From the NCBI GenBank assembly GCA_963741795.1, contig CAVUJM010000007.1, positions 19,092-83,091 on the forward strand: DNA of 64,000 bases. Reading direction: 5' to 3'. Numbering within the stretch: the first letter of the stretch is position 1; every line of letters starts with the position of its first letter. The position numbers were made by a program, and so were the translations under genes. Source of the stretch: an uncultured Chloroflexia bacterium (GTDB taxonomy: Bacteria > Chloroflexota > Chloroflexia > Thermomicrobiales > UBA6265). The notes below the pieces were generated by a model. The model was not told the origin of the DNA and made no database searches. It was given only the letters and a program-made list of their open reading frames with translations. This document shows, one piece after another, positions 33,325 to 44,195 of the stretch.

Positions 33325-33733
33325 ATGCCCGCACCAGAGTTCGTCTACCTCAACGAGCAGGCCGTCCGCGTGACGGGATGGGAGAAGGACGACGCGTCCG
33401 GCACGATCGGCTTCGTGGTGATCGCCTCCGGCGAGAACGAGCGCGACGCGCTGCTGGACCTTTTCTCTCGCGAGCCGGTGATGGTCCGGCTCGGCCAGGG
33501 ATCAGCAATCCCGATGGAAGTCCGCTCGCTGGATACCCGCTCGATGGGCGACGGCCAGCGCGCCCCGTTCCGCCTCGAGGTCTCGCTCTGGCCGGAAGGC
33601 TCGGTACCGGCCTCGGATTCCTCGAGAAACAAGCTCCCGCAGGTGGACGATCCCGCTGCTGGACCGCCTCGACACGATCGTCGACCTCCTCACGGAGATT
33701 CGAGACAGCCTCCGACAGGCCCGTCGCCAGTAA
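33325..33733 (+). CDS. Hypothetical protein (about 135 aa); +1 frameshift near 33654
   Basis: AAAGGA RBS; GC3-biased frame; removing one base gives DPLLDRLDTIVDLLTEIRDSLRQARRQ-stop just before a hairpin. Confidence 0.7.
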
Positions 33734-33748
33734 CCAGCGCTGATACAG

Positions 33749-33780
33749 GAACGACCCGAGGCATCAGCCCCGGGTCGTTC
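33749..33780. terminator. Hairpin between convergent genes
   Basis: GAACGACCCG...CGGGTCGTTC. Confidence 0.6.
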
Positions 33781-33811
33781 GCTTCCCATCACGCCATTGT
33801 GATCAGGATCG

Positions 33812-34252
33812 CTAGAGCGTGGTCTCCGGCTGCGCGCCGAAATCGCGCTCGATCGCCGGCTCATCCGGGAGCGTCGAGGCGTCGGACTCGGCCGTCATCC
33901 CCGCCTCCTTTTGCCCGACCATGTCTTCAGCCTTGTGCATCAGGCCCGTCGCCGTTTCGGCGACCATCTCGCGGGTCTCACTACCGGATTTCGGCGCGAA
34001 GATCAGCGCCAGGATCGCGCCGACGACGATACCGAGCAGCACGCCCCCGAGGAAGCCTTCCGACGCGGCGTCCTCCTCGCGCTTCTGCATATCGAGCTGC
34101 TCCAGCTGCTTGCGGAGCTTCTTCTTGCCCTTGCTGGCGTCGACCCGCTTCAACGCGTCCGGATCAAGCCGGTGGAGGTCAATGTCCTTCAGCACCTTCT
34201 CGAGGTCAATATCCTCGAGATAGGCGCGGGCGTTCTTCAGGAAGTCATCCAT
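33812..34252 (-). CDS. YtxH domain-containing protein
   Basis: FLGGVLLGIVVGAILALIFAPKSGSETRE; GGAGG RBS. Confidence 0.85.
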   Translation of the reverse strand: MDDFLKNARAYLEDIDLEKVLKDIDLHRLDPDALKRVDASKGKKKLRKQLEQLDMQKREEDAASEGFLGGVLLGIVVGAILALIFAPKSGSETREMVAETATGLMHKAEDMVGQKEAGMTAESDASTLPDEPAIERDFGAQPETTL

Positions 34253-34270
34253 GTGCGTTTCCTCCCGTGC

Positions 34271-34696
34271 CTACGCCTTGTCGGCGTCGGTCTTCGTGTA
34301 GGTCGGCGGATTCGGCACCCTCTTGCGCTTCCCAACCACGGTCTTCTGCATCTGGCGGATCTTCGAGAAGTTGCTGGCGAAGGTGATGATCGGCTTGACC
34401 GCCTCCTCCGTCACGTAGTTGGTCGTATTGCGCACGCGGTTGACCGTTCCGGTCGCCTCCTCCAACAGCGGGATCACGCGATCCTTGATCTGGAAGGCGA
34501 GGTAGACCAGCGCCGCCGTGATCCCGGCAAGCAGGATCACCGTCACCAGCGAGAGCAGCACGACGAAGATAACCGCGATATCCCGCAGCTTCTCGAGCGC
34601 CGACTGGTGATCACCGCCAAGGAGGAACAGCCCCACGATAATGGCGATGAACACCACGGCAGCGCCGATGCTGCCCCAGATTAGCTTTGATTTCAA
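34271..34696 (-). CDS. Two-TM membrane protein, co-transcribed with YtxH (YtxG/DUF948-like position)
   Basis: Two hydrophobic helices then amphipathic tail; TTG after GGGAG. Confidence 0.65.
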   Translation of the reverse strand: MKSKLIWGSIGAAVVFIAIIVGLFLLGGDHQSALEKLRDIAVIFVVLLSLVTVILLAGITAALVYLAFQIKDRVIPLLEEATGTVNRVRNTTNYVTEEAVKPIITFASNFSKIRQMQKTVVGKRKRVPNPPTYTKTDADKA

Positions 34697-34824
34697 CGTC
34701 TTCTCCCTCTCCCTTGTCACTCGTCATTGCCAGGGCCACGCAATGGGCCGGGCCTTCCTGACGGGACCTCACGCAACTCCCGGACCATCGGCGCGTCGCC
34801 GGCCGGGTTCGTGCCGTGCTGATG

Positions 34825-36643
<1,819 letters not shown>

Positions 36644-37867
36644 TCAGGCCCCTTCGCCGCGTCGCTCTACTGTAGAGATTGTACCGCCACCAAGAACCTC
36701 ATCACCGCGATAGAAGACCACGGCCTGCCCCGGCGAGGCGATTGGGCCACGGTCACCGTCGAGCGTGATCGTCGCGGTGCGGTCGTCCGCGCCGCCGAGC
36801 TGGACGGTGGCCGGATGCGGCACGCCACGATAGCGCACGACGACATCCGCCGCGAACGGCTCCGCTGGCCATCCGCCGGACGTCATCGAGACCTCCGTCG
36901 CGGCGAGGGCGCGCGCCTCGGCGTCTTCCCGGTCGCCGACGACGAGGCGGTTGGCATTCGTGTCGAGATGCAGCACGAAATACGGCTTCTTCGCCGCCAC
37001 GCCGATCCCCCGGCGCTGCCCGACCGTGTGGTGGACCAGCCCCTTGTGCTGACCGAGGACGTCGCCATCCTTCGTCACGATCTCGCCCGGCTTCGTGACG
37101 TCCGGCCGGTGCTCGGCGACGAAATCGGCGTAGGAGCGGTTGCCGACGAAGCAAATCTCCTGGCTTTCGGCCTTGTCCGCCACCGGCAGGCCGAACGCAT
37201 GGGCGAGCCGGCGCGTCTCCGGCTTGGTGAGGTTCCCGAGCGGGAAGCGGATGAAGTCCATCTGCTCCTGCGTCAGCGTGTGGAGCACGTAGCTCTGGTC
37301 CTTGCGGTCATCGACGGCGCGCAGGAGGCGGTGCGGAATGCCTGCTGCCGGGTCGCCGCGTTCAATCCGCGCGTAGTGGCCGGTGGCCAGGCAATCCGCC
37401 CCGAGCAGCTTCGCGCGCTGGACGAGATGGCGGAACTTCACATGCCGGTTGCACTCCAGGCAGGGGTTCGGGGTGCGGCCTTCGGCATACTCGTCGATGA
37501 ACTTCTGGATCACCGCGCCGCCGAACTCGATCTCCATATTGATGGCGTAGAAGGGCACGCCGATCGTGGCGCAGGTCGCGCGAGCGTCGTCCATCGCCGG
37601 GATACCGCAGCAGGGGTTCGCGCGGTGGTCCTCATCCTCGGGCGAGAAGAGGCGCAGGTTCATGCCGACGACGCTGTAGCCGCGCTCGCGCATGATCAGC
37701 GCGGTGACCGCACTGTCGACGCCGCCGCTCATCGCGACGACGACCGTCTTGCCTTCGCCATCGCGCGGGCCGATCTTCTCCTCGGTCAGCAGGTCAGCGA
37801 CCTCGGAAAGATCACCCGGGGTGATCGTGGCGTCGTAGGTTTCGGGCGTTGGCGAGATTGCGGTCAT
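36644..37867 (-). CDS. mnmA: tRNA-specific 2-thiouridylase
   Basis: AMSGGVDS, GRTPNPCLECN, ATGHYAR, KDQSY, ESQEICF, PGQAVVFY. Confidence 0.96.
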   Translation of the reverse strand: MTAISPTPETYDATITPGDLSEVADLLTEEKIGPRDGEGKTVVVAMSGGVDSAVTALIMRERGYSVVGMNLRLFSPEDEDHRANPCCGIPAMDDARATCATIGVPFYAINMEIEFGGAVIQKFIDEYAEGRTPNPCLECNRHVKFRHLVQRAKLLGADCLATGHYARIERGDPAAGIPHRLLRAVDDRKDQSYVLHTLTQEQMDFIRFPLGNLTKPETRRLAHAFGLPVADKAESQEICFVGNRSYADFVAEHRPDVTKPGEIVTKDGDVLGQHKGLVHHTVGQRRGIGVAAKKPYFVLHLDTNANRLVVGDREDAEARALAATEVSMTSGGWPAEPFAADVVVRYRGVPHPATVQLGGADDRTATITLDGDRGPIASPGQAVVFYRGDEVLGGGTISTVERRGEGA

Positions 37868-37990
37868 GAGAACAGCCTGTCCGGGCGATGATGTCGGGAA
37901 GCATGGAAGGAGATGAGGGTCACGCGGGGCCGACGCCCACGCGGAATTCGGGCATCATTGTAGCATGGGGGTTCGGGACGCCCCATCTGC

Positions 37991-38045
37991 GTACCGCCGC
38001 AGCTGGTCTGCGGCGATCAACGCCGGACACAAGGTCCGGCGGTAC
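37991..38045. repeat. GTAC-tagged REPIN-like element between mnmA and dnaA
   Basis: GTAC-CGCCGCAG-ctggt-CTGCGGCG-atcaa-CGCCGGAC-acaag-GTCCGGCG-GTAC. Confidence 0.85.
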
Positions 38046-38077
38046 GAAGGCAGATTTGGGCGCTCCAGCAGGGGGAA

Positions 38078-38106
38078 TTGACATTCGCCGATAGTGTACG
38101 TACACT
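38078..38106 (+). promoter_or_regulatory. Sigma70-type dnaA promoter with a palindrome over the -10
   Basis: TTGACA-17 bp-TACACT; perfect 14-bp palindrome AGTGTACGTACACT at 38093-38106. Confidence 0.75.
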
Positions 38107-38144
38107 CTAATCTCTGCCGGATGAACGGCATGGGGGAGTGTGCG

Positions 38145-39666
38145 ATGTTGACAATGATGAGGACCAACGGCGTGTCTGGTGAGGGCGAGAACAACCCGGC
38201 TGTGGATGCCGGTACACCGGCGCCCAGCATCAATGTGAACCAACTCTGGCAAACCGTGCTCGGCGACCTCGAGACGCAGATTTCGCGCGGCCCGTTCGAC
38301 AACTGGTTCCGCCAGACCCGCCTCGCGTCGGTCGACGCCGAGACGGCGACCGTCTATGCCCCCAACGCCTTCAGCGCCTCGACCCTCCAGAGCCGCTATG
38401 CCACCCAGGTCGAGCGTGCCTTGCAGGGCGTGATCGGGCGTCGCCTCTCCGTGCGCTTCACCGTCGACTCACGCGCCACCGATCGCGAGCTTCCCGGCGC
38501 CGCAAGCCGCCAGGCAGCCGCCCGGAAGTCCGCCGCGCAATCAGAGCCGGCCTCTCCTGCCCCAACACCACGAAACCCACGCAAGCCGGCGTCAGAGACC
38601 GGTCTCAGCAACCGTCAGCTCGCGCTTGCAGCCATCGGCGCACGGGCTGGTTTCGCGCCTGACGTTCGACACCTATGTCGTCGGCAGCTCGAACCGCCTC
38701 GCCCACGCCGCCGCGCAGGCGATCGCCGAGGCCCCGGGTCGCCAGTACAACCCGTTCTTCGTGCATGGCGGCGTCGGGCTCGGCAAGACCCACCTTCTCC
38801 ATGCGATCGGCCACCGCGCGCTGGAGCTGAACCCGCAGCTGCAGGTGATGTACGTCACCTCCGAGACATTCACCAACGAGGTCATCAACGCGATCCGCAG
38901 CCAGCGCATGGACGAGTTCCGCGCCCGCTACCGCTCCATCGACATCCTGATGGTGGACGACGTCCAGTTCATCGCCGGCAAGGAGAGCACGCAGGAAGAG
39001 TTCTTCCACACCTTCAACTCGCTCTACCAGAACGGCAAGCAGGTCATCGTCAGCTCGGACAAGCCGCCGCGCGCGATCGAGCGGCTGGAGGAGCGCATGC
39101 GCTCCCGCTTCGCCGGCGGGCTGATCGCCGACGTCCAGATGCCGGACTTCGAGATGCGCACCGCGATCCTCCGCTCGAAAGCCGAGGAGCTGGGCGTGAA
39201 CCTGCCGCCGGACGTGATCGAGTACATCGCCCACCGCGACCAGACCAACATCCGCGAGCTCGAAGGCGCGCTGAACAAGATCCTGATGATGGCGCAGCTC
39301 TACAACCGCCGCCTGAACCTCGCTCTGGCGATGGAAGCCCTCACCGATGGCGTCGCCTCCCAGCGCCGGGCCGTGACGAGCGCCGCGGACGTCGTCGACG
39401 CCGTCTCCCGCCACTACGGCGTTGCCGAGAAGGATCTCAAGGGCCGCGCCCGGACGCGCAACATCGTTATGCCGCGCCAGGTCGCGATGTACCTGCTCCG
39501 TGAGGAAACCGACATCTCGCTGGAGGAGATCGGCCGCGCGATTGGCGGGCGGGATCACACCACGGTCATGCACGGCATCAAGAAGATCGAGGGCCAGATC
39601 GACACCGACAGCGAGCTCCGCGCCGCGATGATGGCGATCCGCGAGGACTTGCTGACGCCGAGATGA
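38145..39666 (+). CDS. dnaA: Chromosomal replication initiator DnaA; +1 frameshift near 38625
   Basis: Domain I LWQTVL...FDNWF; TFDTYVVGSSNRLA, GGVGLGKTHL, DDVQF, NIRELEG, GGRDHTTVMH. Confidence 0.95.
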
Positions 39667-39676
39667 GGCACGCTCA

Positions 39677-39741
39677 GGGAGGACATTTCGACCGGCGGCC
39701 CGCAGGAGATGTCGCTCCGGAGGTCGAAAGTCCTCTGCTAC
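39677..39741 (-). repeat. Single GTAG-tagged REP-like hairpin with extended upper arm (may also terminate dnaA)
   Basis: Minus strand GTAG-CAGAGGAC-TTTCGACC-(28 nt)-GGTCGAAA-t-GTCCTC. Confidence 0.6.
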
Positions 39742-39754
39742 GAAAGCGCTGATT

Positions 39755-40340
39755 TTGGCAACACCCAATTTCCCACGCCACTTCCCTCACCTCTCGCGAG
39801 GCGTGCGCTGGCGCAACACCGCGCTCGTCGGCGCGCATCCGGTCGTCGGCATGCCGGATTCCACCCTGCTCCAGAGCGTCAACATGGTGCCGTTTGTCGG
39901 CGACCGCGTGCTGGTCATCACGCTGGACGACGGGCATATCATGCTGCCCGGCGGTACGCGCGAGGCCGGGGAGTCACTGCTCCAGACGATCGTGCGCGAG
40001 ATGCTGGAGGAGACCGGTCACGCGATCGACTCCTGCTACCCCTTCATGGCGCTGGAGAACATCTCCTTCGACGCGACGCCCTGGCGGCCACACCTGCCGC
40101 ATCCGCGGTTCGAGCGGCTGGTTTGCCTGGGCGATGTCCATCACGTCAGCGCGCCGGAGAACCCGGAAGGCGCCGAGCAGATCGCGCACATTCACCAACT
40201 CAGCCCGGACGATGCTGTCCGAGTTCCTCGACGACGCCGGCCGACCGGAGATTGGCGAGGTCTATGCCTTCGCCGCCGAGATGCGCGACCGCACCGCCGA
40301 CCTCATCGATCTCGTGCGGCACGACATCCCGGCCGGGTGA
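39755..40340 (+). CDS. NUDIX hydrolase; +1 frameshift near 40219
   Basis: Nudix box LPGGTREAGESLLQTIVREMLEETG; C-terminus continues EFLDDAGRPEIGEVY in the next frame. Confidence 0.8.
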
Positions 40341-40347
40341 TGTCGTC

Positions 40348-40407
40348 GTACCGCCGCAGCTTGTCTGTGGCGTGGAAACAATCGCCGCAGACAAGCTGCG
40401 GCGGTAC
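40348..40407. repeat. GTAC-tagged REPIN-like element
   Basis: GTAC-CGCCGCAG-cttgt-CTGTGGCG-(10 nt)-CGCCGCAG-acaag-CTGCGGCG-GTAC. Confidence 0.85.
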
Positions 40408-40439
40408 GACGGTCTTTTCCTATCCAGAGAGGACACTGT

Positions 40440-41297
40440 ATGCCCCGTCTTGGCGTCATCACCGATGAGATCAGCGAGGATTTCGAGCACGCGCTCGCCG
40501 TCTGCACGGAGCTCGGTATCCGCGACGTTGAGCTGCGCAGCGTCTGGAACACGAGCATCGTCGAGCTTGCGGACGACGACCTCGCGCGCGTCGAGGCACT
40601 GCTGCGAGACGGCGGCTTCGCCACCTGCGCGATCGCCTCTCCCTTCCTCAAATGCCATATCGCGGGTGAGGGCGAGGCTGCGGGGCGGACGCACTCCGCA
40701 TCGTCGACGACCCGGGACGAGCAATGGGGCATCCTCGAGCGCTCGCTGAAGGTCGCCAAGCGGCTGGACGCTCCCCTGGTCCGGGCGTTCAGCTTCTGGC
40801 GCGTGGCCGACCCGGAATCCGTGCGGGCCGAGATCCTCGATACCCTGCGGGAGGCCACGGAGCGTGTAGCCGCAGCCGGGAAGCGCCTTGGGCTTGAGAA
40901 CGAGCACGCCTGCAACATCGCCACCGGTACCGAGGCCGCCTGGTACCTGGAGCGCATCCCGGACCCCACCCTCGGGCTGATCTGGGATCCCGGGAATATC
41001 GCCGCGCTCGGTGTGCCGCCAGACGAAGGGCAGTTCCGCGCCGTCTCTGACCGTATTCACCACGTTCACCTCAAGGACGCCGTGTCGCTGGTCGAGGCCG
41101 ACGGGTTCACGACAGTCGGCGACGGCGTGGTCGACTGGCCGCGGCAGTTGCGCCAGCTTGCCGGGATCGGCTACGACGGGGTGCTCTCGATCGAGACGCA
41201 TTTCGACCTCGACGGCAGCCGCGAGGCGGCAACACGAGCCTGCGCGATGGCGCTTCGCGACATGGCGGTCGACGTGAGCATGTCCCTGGAGGGGTGA
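40440..41297 (+). CDS. Sugar phosphate isomerase/epimerase (xylose-isomerase-like TIM barrel)
   Basis: LGVITDEIS, LGLENE, IWDPGN, HVHLKD, LSIETH. Confidence 0.88.
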   Translation: MPRLGVITDEISEDFEHALAVCTELGIRDVELRSVWNTSIVELADDDLARVEALLRDGGFATCAIASPFLKCHIAGEGEAAGRTHSASSTTRDEQWGILERSLKVAKRLDAPLVRAFSFWRVADPESVRAEILDTLREATERVAAAGKRLGLENEHACNIATGTEAAWYLERIPDPTLGLIWDPGNIAALGVPPDEGQFRAVSDRIHHVHLKDAVSLVEADGFTTVGDGVVDWPRQLRQLAGIGYDGVLSIETHFDLDGSREAATRACAMALRDMAVDVSMSLEG

Positions 41298-42208
41298 TGA
41301 TCCTTTCGCCGTCCAATCATCAGGCGCTGTATGGGGCGATCATCGATCGCTTCACGAGCTGGGTTGAGGGGGACCCAGGCATCCAGGCCGCGATCGTCAT
41401 CGGGTCCAGAGCGCGCACCGACCACCCCGCCGACCCGTGGTCGGACCTCGATATCGTCACCTTTGCAGACGACCCGGGACGACTCCTGGAGGACACGTCC
41501 TGGCTCGAACGCCTCGGGGAGCCAGCGATCACCTTTGTCCACGGCACGCCAATCGGCGGATTCGCCGAACGGCGCGTATTGTTCCGTAACGGCTGCGACC
41601 TCGATGTCCCGATCCTTTCCGCCAGCCTGATCGGCGCCCTCACGGGGGATGAACCGGAAGCCTCCCTGACCGAGGTCTTCGGCGGCGTGATGGCGCGCGG
41701 ATACCGCATCCTCCTCGATCGCTCCGGGAAGCTCCAGCGGTCGCTTGCCGGAATTTCCGCCCCGACGCCCATGCCGCCTACCCAGGCATCCCTCGACGAG
41801 ACGCTCGCCGACTTCTGGTACCACTGCGTCTGGACTGCCAAGAAGCTCCGCCGCGGGGAGATCTATACCGCGCACGACTGCCTCGACGGTTACCTTCGCC
41901 ATCTCATGATGCGGCTCATTCGCTGGAACGCAGAACATCATGGCGGATCGTGGCACGGCACGCGGTTCATGGAGGAGTGGCTGCCCCCAGAGGTGGCGGA
42001 TGTGCTTCCAGGCACCTGGGCGCTCCATACAGCGGGGGATATCGCCCGCGCTATGGAACGGATGATGCTTGTGGTGTCCCGACTGGCGCCGCTCATCGCG
42101 GCCGATCACGGCCTCACGTTCGGCCCGGACGACGAAGACGTCGCGCGCGGTCTCATCCGGGACATCGTCGGCCAGCCCCCACGTTTGCCGGGGAACGGAG
42201 GCGTGTGA
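41294..42208 (+). CDS. Aminoglycoside 6-adenylyltransferase-family nucleotidyltransferase
   Basis: IGSRARTDHPADPWSDLDI, ILLDRSG, AKKLRRGE, RFMEEW. Confidence 0.78.
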   Translation: MMILSPSNHQALYGAIIDRFTSWVEGDPGIQAAIVIGSRARTDHPADPWSDLDIVTFADDPGRLLEDTSWLERLGEPAITFVHGTPIGGFAERRVLFRNGCDLDVPILSASLIGALTGDEPEASLTEVFGGVMARGYRILLDRSGKLQRSLAGISAPTPMPPTQASLDETLADFWYHCVWTAKKLRRGEIYTAHDCLDGYLRHLMMRLIRWNAEHHGGSWHGTRFMEEWLPPEVADVLPGTWALHTAGDIARAMERMMLVVSRLAPLIAADHGLTFGPDDEDVARGLIRDIVGQPPRLPGNGGV

Positions 42209-42418
42209 GACGGAGGAGGCCCCGGTTTTGTATACACCTGGGGTGCATCAGCAGGATCGTGGCGAAAAGGAGTACGATTGCGCGTGGAATGCACGCCCTC
42301 CCGGCCAGCGGGCCGCGGATTTCGCGTGCGAGCGACACGACGGACACGGGTACAACAGGCTGCACGAGCGGTGCGCCGGGCCCGGACCACACGACACCAT
42401 CCTGGAGCAGGACAGACC

Positions 42419-43027
42419 ATGAGCGAGAATCCGACGACGCCGAAGAGTGACGACGTCATCAACCTCCATTCCGAGGCGCTGGACGCCGCCGAGCACACCA
42501 ACGAAGAAGAGGTCCTGGCGTTTATCGAGATTCCTCGCGGTAGCCGGAACAAGTACGAGTACGACGAAGAATCCGGCACGTTCCATCTCGACCGCGTCCT
42601 CTACTCCTCCGTCCACTACCCCACCGACTACGGCTTTGTGCCGGATACCCTCGCGGACGACGGCGACCACCTCGACATCTGCGTGCTGATGACCGAGCCG
42701 TCCTTCCCGGGCTGCACGATCATGGCTCGCCCGCTCGGCGGCCTGGAGATGCAGGACGAAAAGGGTGAGGACTTCAAGGTCCTCGCCGTGCCGGTGAACG
42801 ACCCGCGCTTCAACCACTACCGGAAGCTGGAGCAGGTCGGCAAGCACTGGCTGCGCGAGATCGAGACCTTCTTCGCCACCTACAAGCTCCTCGAGAACAA
42901 GGAGACGAACATCGTCGGATGGCACGGGTTGGAGCGCGCCCTCGAGGAGATCGAGCGCTCGCGCGAGATGTACCGCGCCTCCCAGGGCGGCGAGAAGTTC
43001 GTCGAGAAGACGCCATCCCGCTCCTGA
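42419..43027 (+). CDS. ppa: Family I inorganic pyrophosphatase
   Basis: IEIPRGSRNKYEYD, LDRVL, YPTDYGF, DGDHLD, MQDEKGEDFK, YKLLE. Confidence 0.95.
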   Translation: MSENPTTPKSDDVINLHSEALDAAEHTNEEEVLAFIEIPRGSRNKYEYDEESGTFHLDRVLYSSVHYPTDYGFVPDTLADDGDHLDICVLMTEPSFPGCTIMARPLGGLEMQDEKGEDFKVLAVPVNDPRFNHYRKLEQVGKHWLREIETFFATYKLLENKETNIVGWHGLERALEEIERSREMYRASQGGEKFVEKTPSRS

Positions 43028-43114
43028 TACTGGACGGGGACGCTATACTTTCTTTTAGGAAGTATTAGACGGTCGGGCGCGATATGCCCGGCATCCCGAT
43101 AAGGAGTACAGCGC

Positions 43115-43660
43115 ATGAGCACCGATACCCGCCGCCTGGACGGTTTCCGCCAGCGCAAGGACCAGTTCTTCAAGGAGCACGAGAACTCGCCGCTGACGGC
43201 GGGGCAGAAGGAGACCTTCGAGCACCTCTCCTACTTCCCGGCGAACCCGGATCTCTCGTTCATCCTCGAGCTGGATACAACCGGCGAGGGCATCGGCGAG
43301 GAGATCACCGTCGGCACCATGACCGGCGAGGCGAAGCAGTACGTCCGCTCCGGGCGCATCCACTTCGAGGTGGACGGCACGCCGGTGACGCTGACCGTCT
43401 TCGCAGATAAGGCAACCGGCAAGTTCTTCCTGCCCTTCCGCGACTCGACGGCTGGTGAGGAAACCTACTCGGTTGGCCGCTACCTCGATCCGAAGGCGCG
43501 CCCGGACGGCAAGCTGGTGGTCGACTTCAACATGGCCTACAACCCTTACTGCGCCTATAACCTCGGCTGGACCTGCACGATCCCGCCGATGGAGAACCGC
43601 ATCGACGTGGCGATCCGCGCCGGCGAGAAGCTGCCGGAATTCGACCACGAGGTCTTTTAG
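43115..43660 (+). CDS. DUF1684 domain protein
   Basis: LPFRDSTAGEETYSVGRYL, DFNMAYNPYCAY, IRAGEK; AAGGAG RBS. Confidence 0.9.
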   Translation: MSTDTRRLDGFRQRKDQFFKEHENSPLTAGQKETFEHLSYFPANPDLSFILELDTTGEGIGEEITVGTMTGEAKQYVRSGRIHFEVDGTPVTLTVFADKATGKFFLPFRDSTAGEETYSVGRYLDPKARPDGKLVVDFNMAYNPYCAYNLGWTCTIPPMENRIDVAIRAGEKLPEFDHEVF

Positions 43661-43675
43661 GCCGTCGTCACGAAG

Positions 43676-43696
43676 CGCCGGAGACGAGCTCCGGCG
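43676..43696 (-). repeat. REP-like palindrome with degenerate tag
   Basis: Minus strand (ACAC)-CGCCGGAG-ctcgt-CTCCGGCG; same stem/loop layout as the GTAC family. Confidence 0.55.
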
Positions 43697-43716
43697 GTGT
43701 GGAGCAGTACACCATG

Positions 43717-43753
43717 CAGCGACGCCCCGACCATGATGGTCGGGGCGTCGCTG
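43717..43753 (+). terminator. Strong hairpin downstream of the DUF1684 gene
   Basis: Perfect 17-bp stem CAGCGACGCCCCGACCA/TGGTCGGGGCGTCGCTG. Confidence 0.65.
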
Positions 43754-43774
43754 TGTCCTGACGCTACAAGACGT

Positions 43775-44122
43775 ACGTCATGTTGAGCGCAGCGAAACAT
43801 CCTACGCGAAGCGGGTTGCCGAGGGATGCGCCTGGCCAGAAGCCCCATACAGCCATGACACGCGCTCGCCAGGACATATCCTGCTCTCCGCCCCCCTCGC
43901 CGTCATCCCGACCAAGCGGACCGCGCAGCGGGTCGCGCGTGGAGGGATCTTTGCACGAGCTTGATGATGATTCTTGCCGGAGCAAAGATCCCTCGACACG
44001 GTCGTCTCACTCCGCTCGACAGACCGGCTCGGGATGACGAGCCGAGGGTTTACGGGACATGCAAGGACCGTGCACCGGTAGCCCGCTTCGCGTTGGATGT
44101 TTCGCTGCGCTCAACATGACGT
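43775..44122. mobile_element. Non-autonomous CGTC-tagged inverted-repeat element (47-bp arms) containing a nested second element
   Basis: Arms 43775-43821 and 44076-44122 match at 44/47 positions (ACGTCATGTTGAGCGCAGCGAAACATCC...); no credible ORF inside. Confidence 0.75.
43901..44039. repeat. Inner CGTC-tagged REPIN-like element
   Basis: Both halves read CGTCATCCCGA...GAGGGATCTTTGC on their own strand. Confidence 0.75.
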
Positions 44123-44150
44123 TGGAGATGAGCCGCAAGGCCCGGGCGGA

Positions 44151-44195
44151 ATCGAGCTGCCGTAGCAGGAAAGAAGCCTGCTACGGCAGCTCGAT
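44151..44195 (-). terminator. 19-bp perfect inverted repeat spanning the lipoprotein stop codon
   Basis: ATCGAGCTGCCGTAGCAGG-aaagaag-CCTGCTACGGCAGCTCGAT. Confidence 0.55.

Noticed and set aside
37868-39754. oriC next to dnaA
   Set aside because: Only one 7/9 box-like match (TGTGGATGC, 38201-38209, inside the CDS) and no AT-rich element.
42209-42418. Fluoride riboswitch upstream of ppa
   Set aside because: No GGCGATGG...TTCGCC-type core visible.
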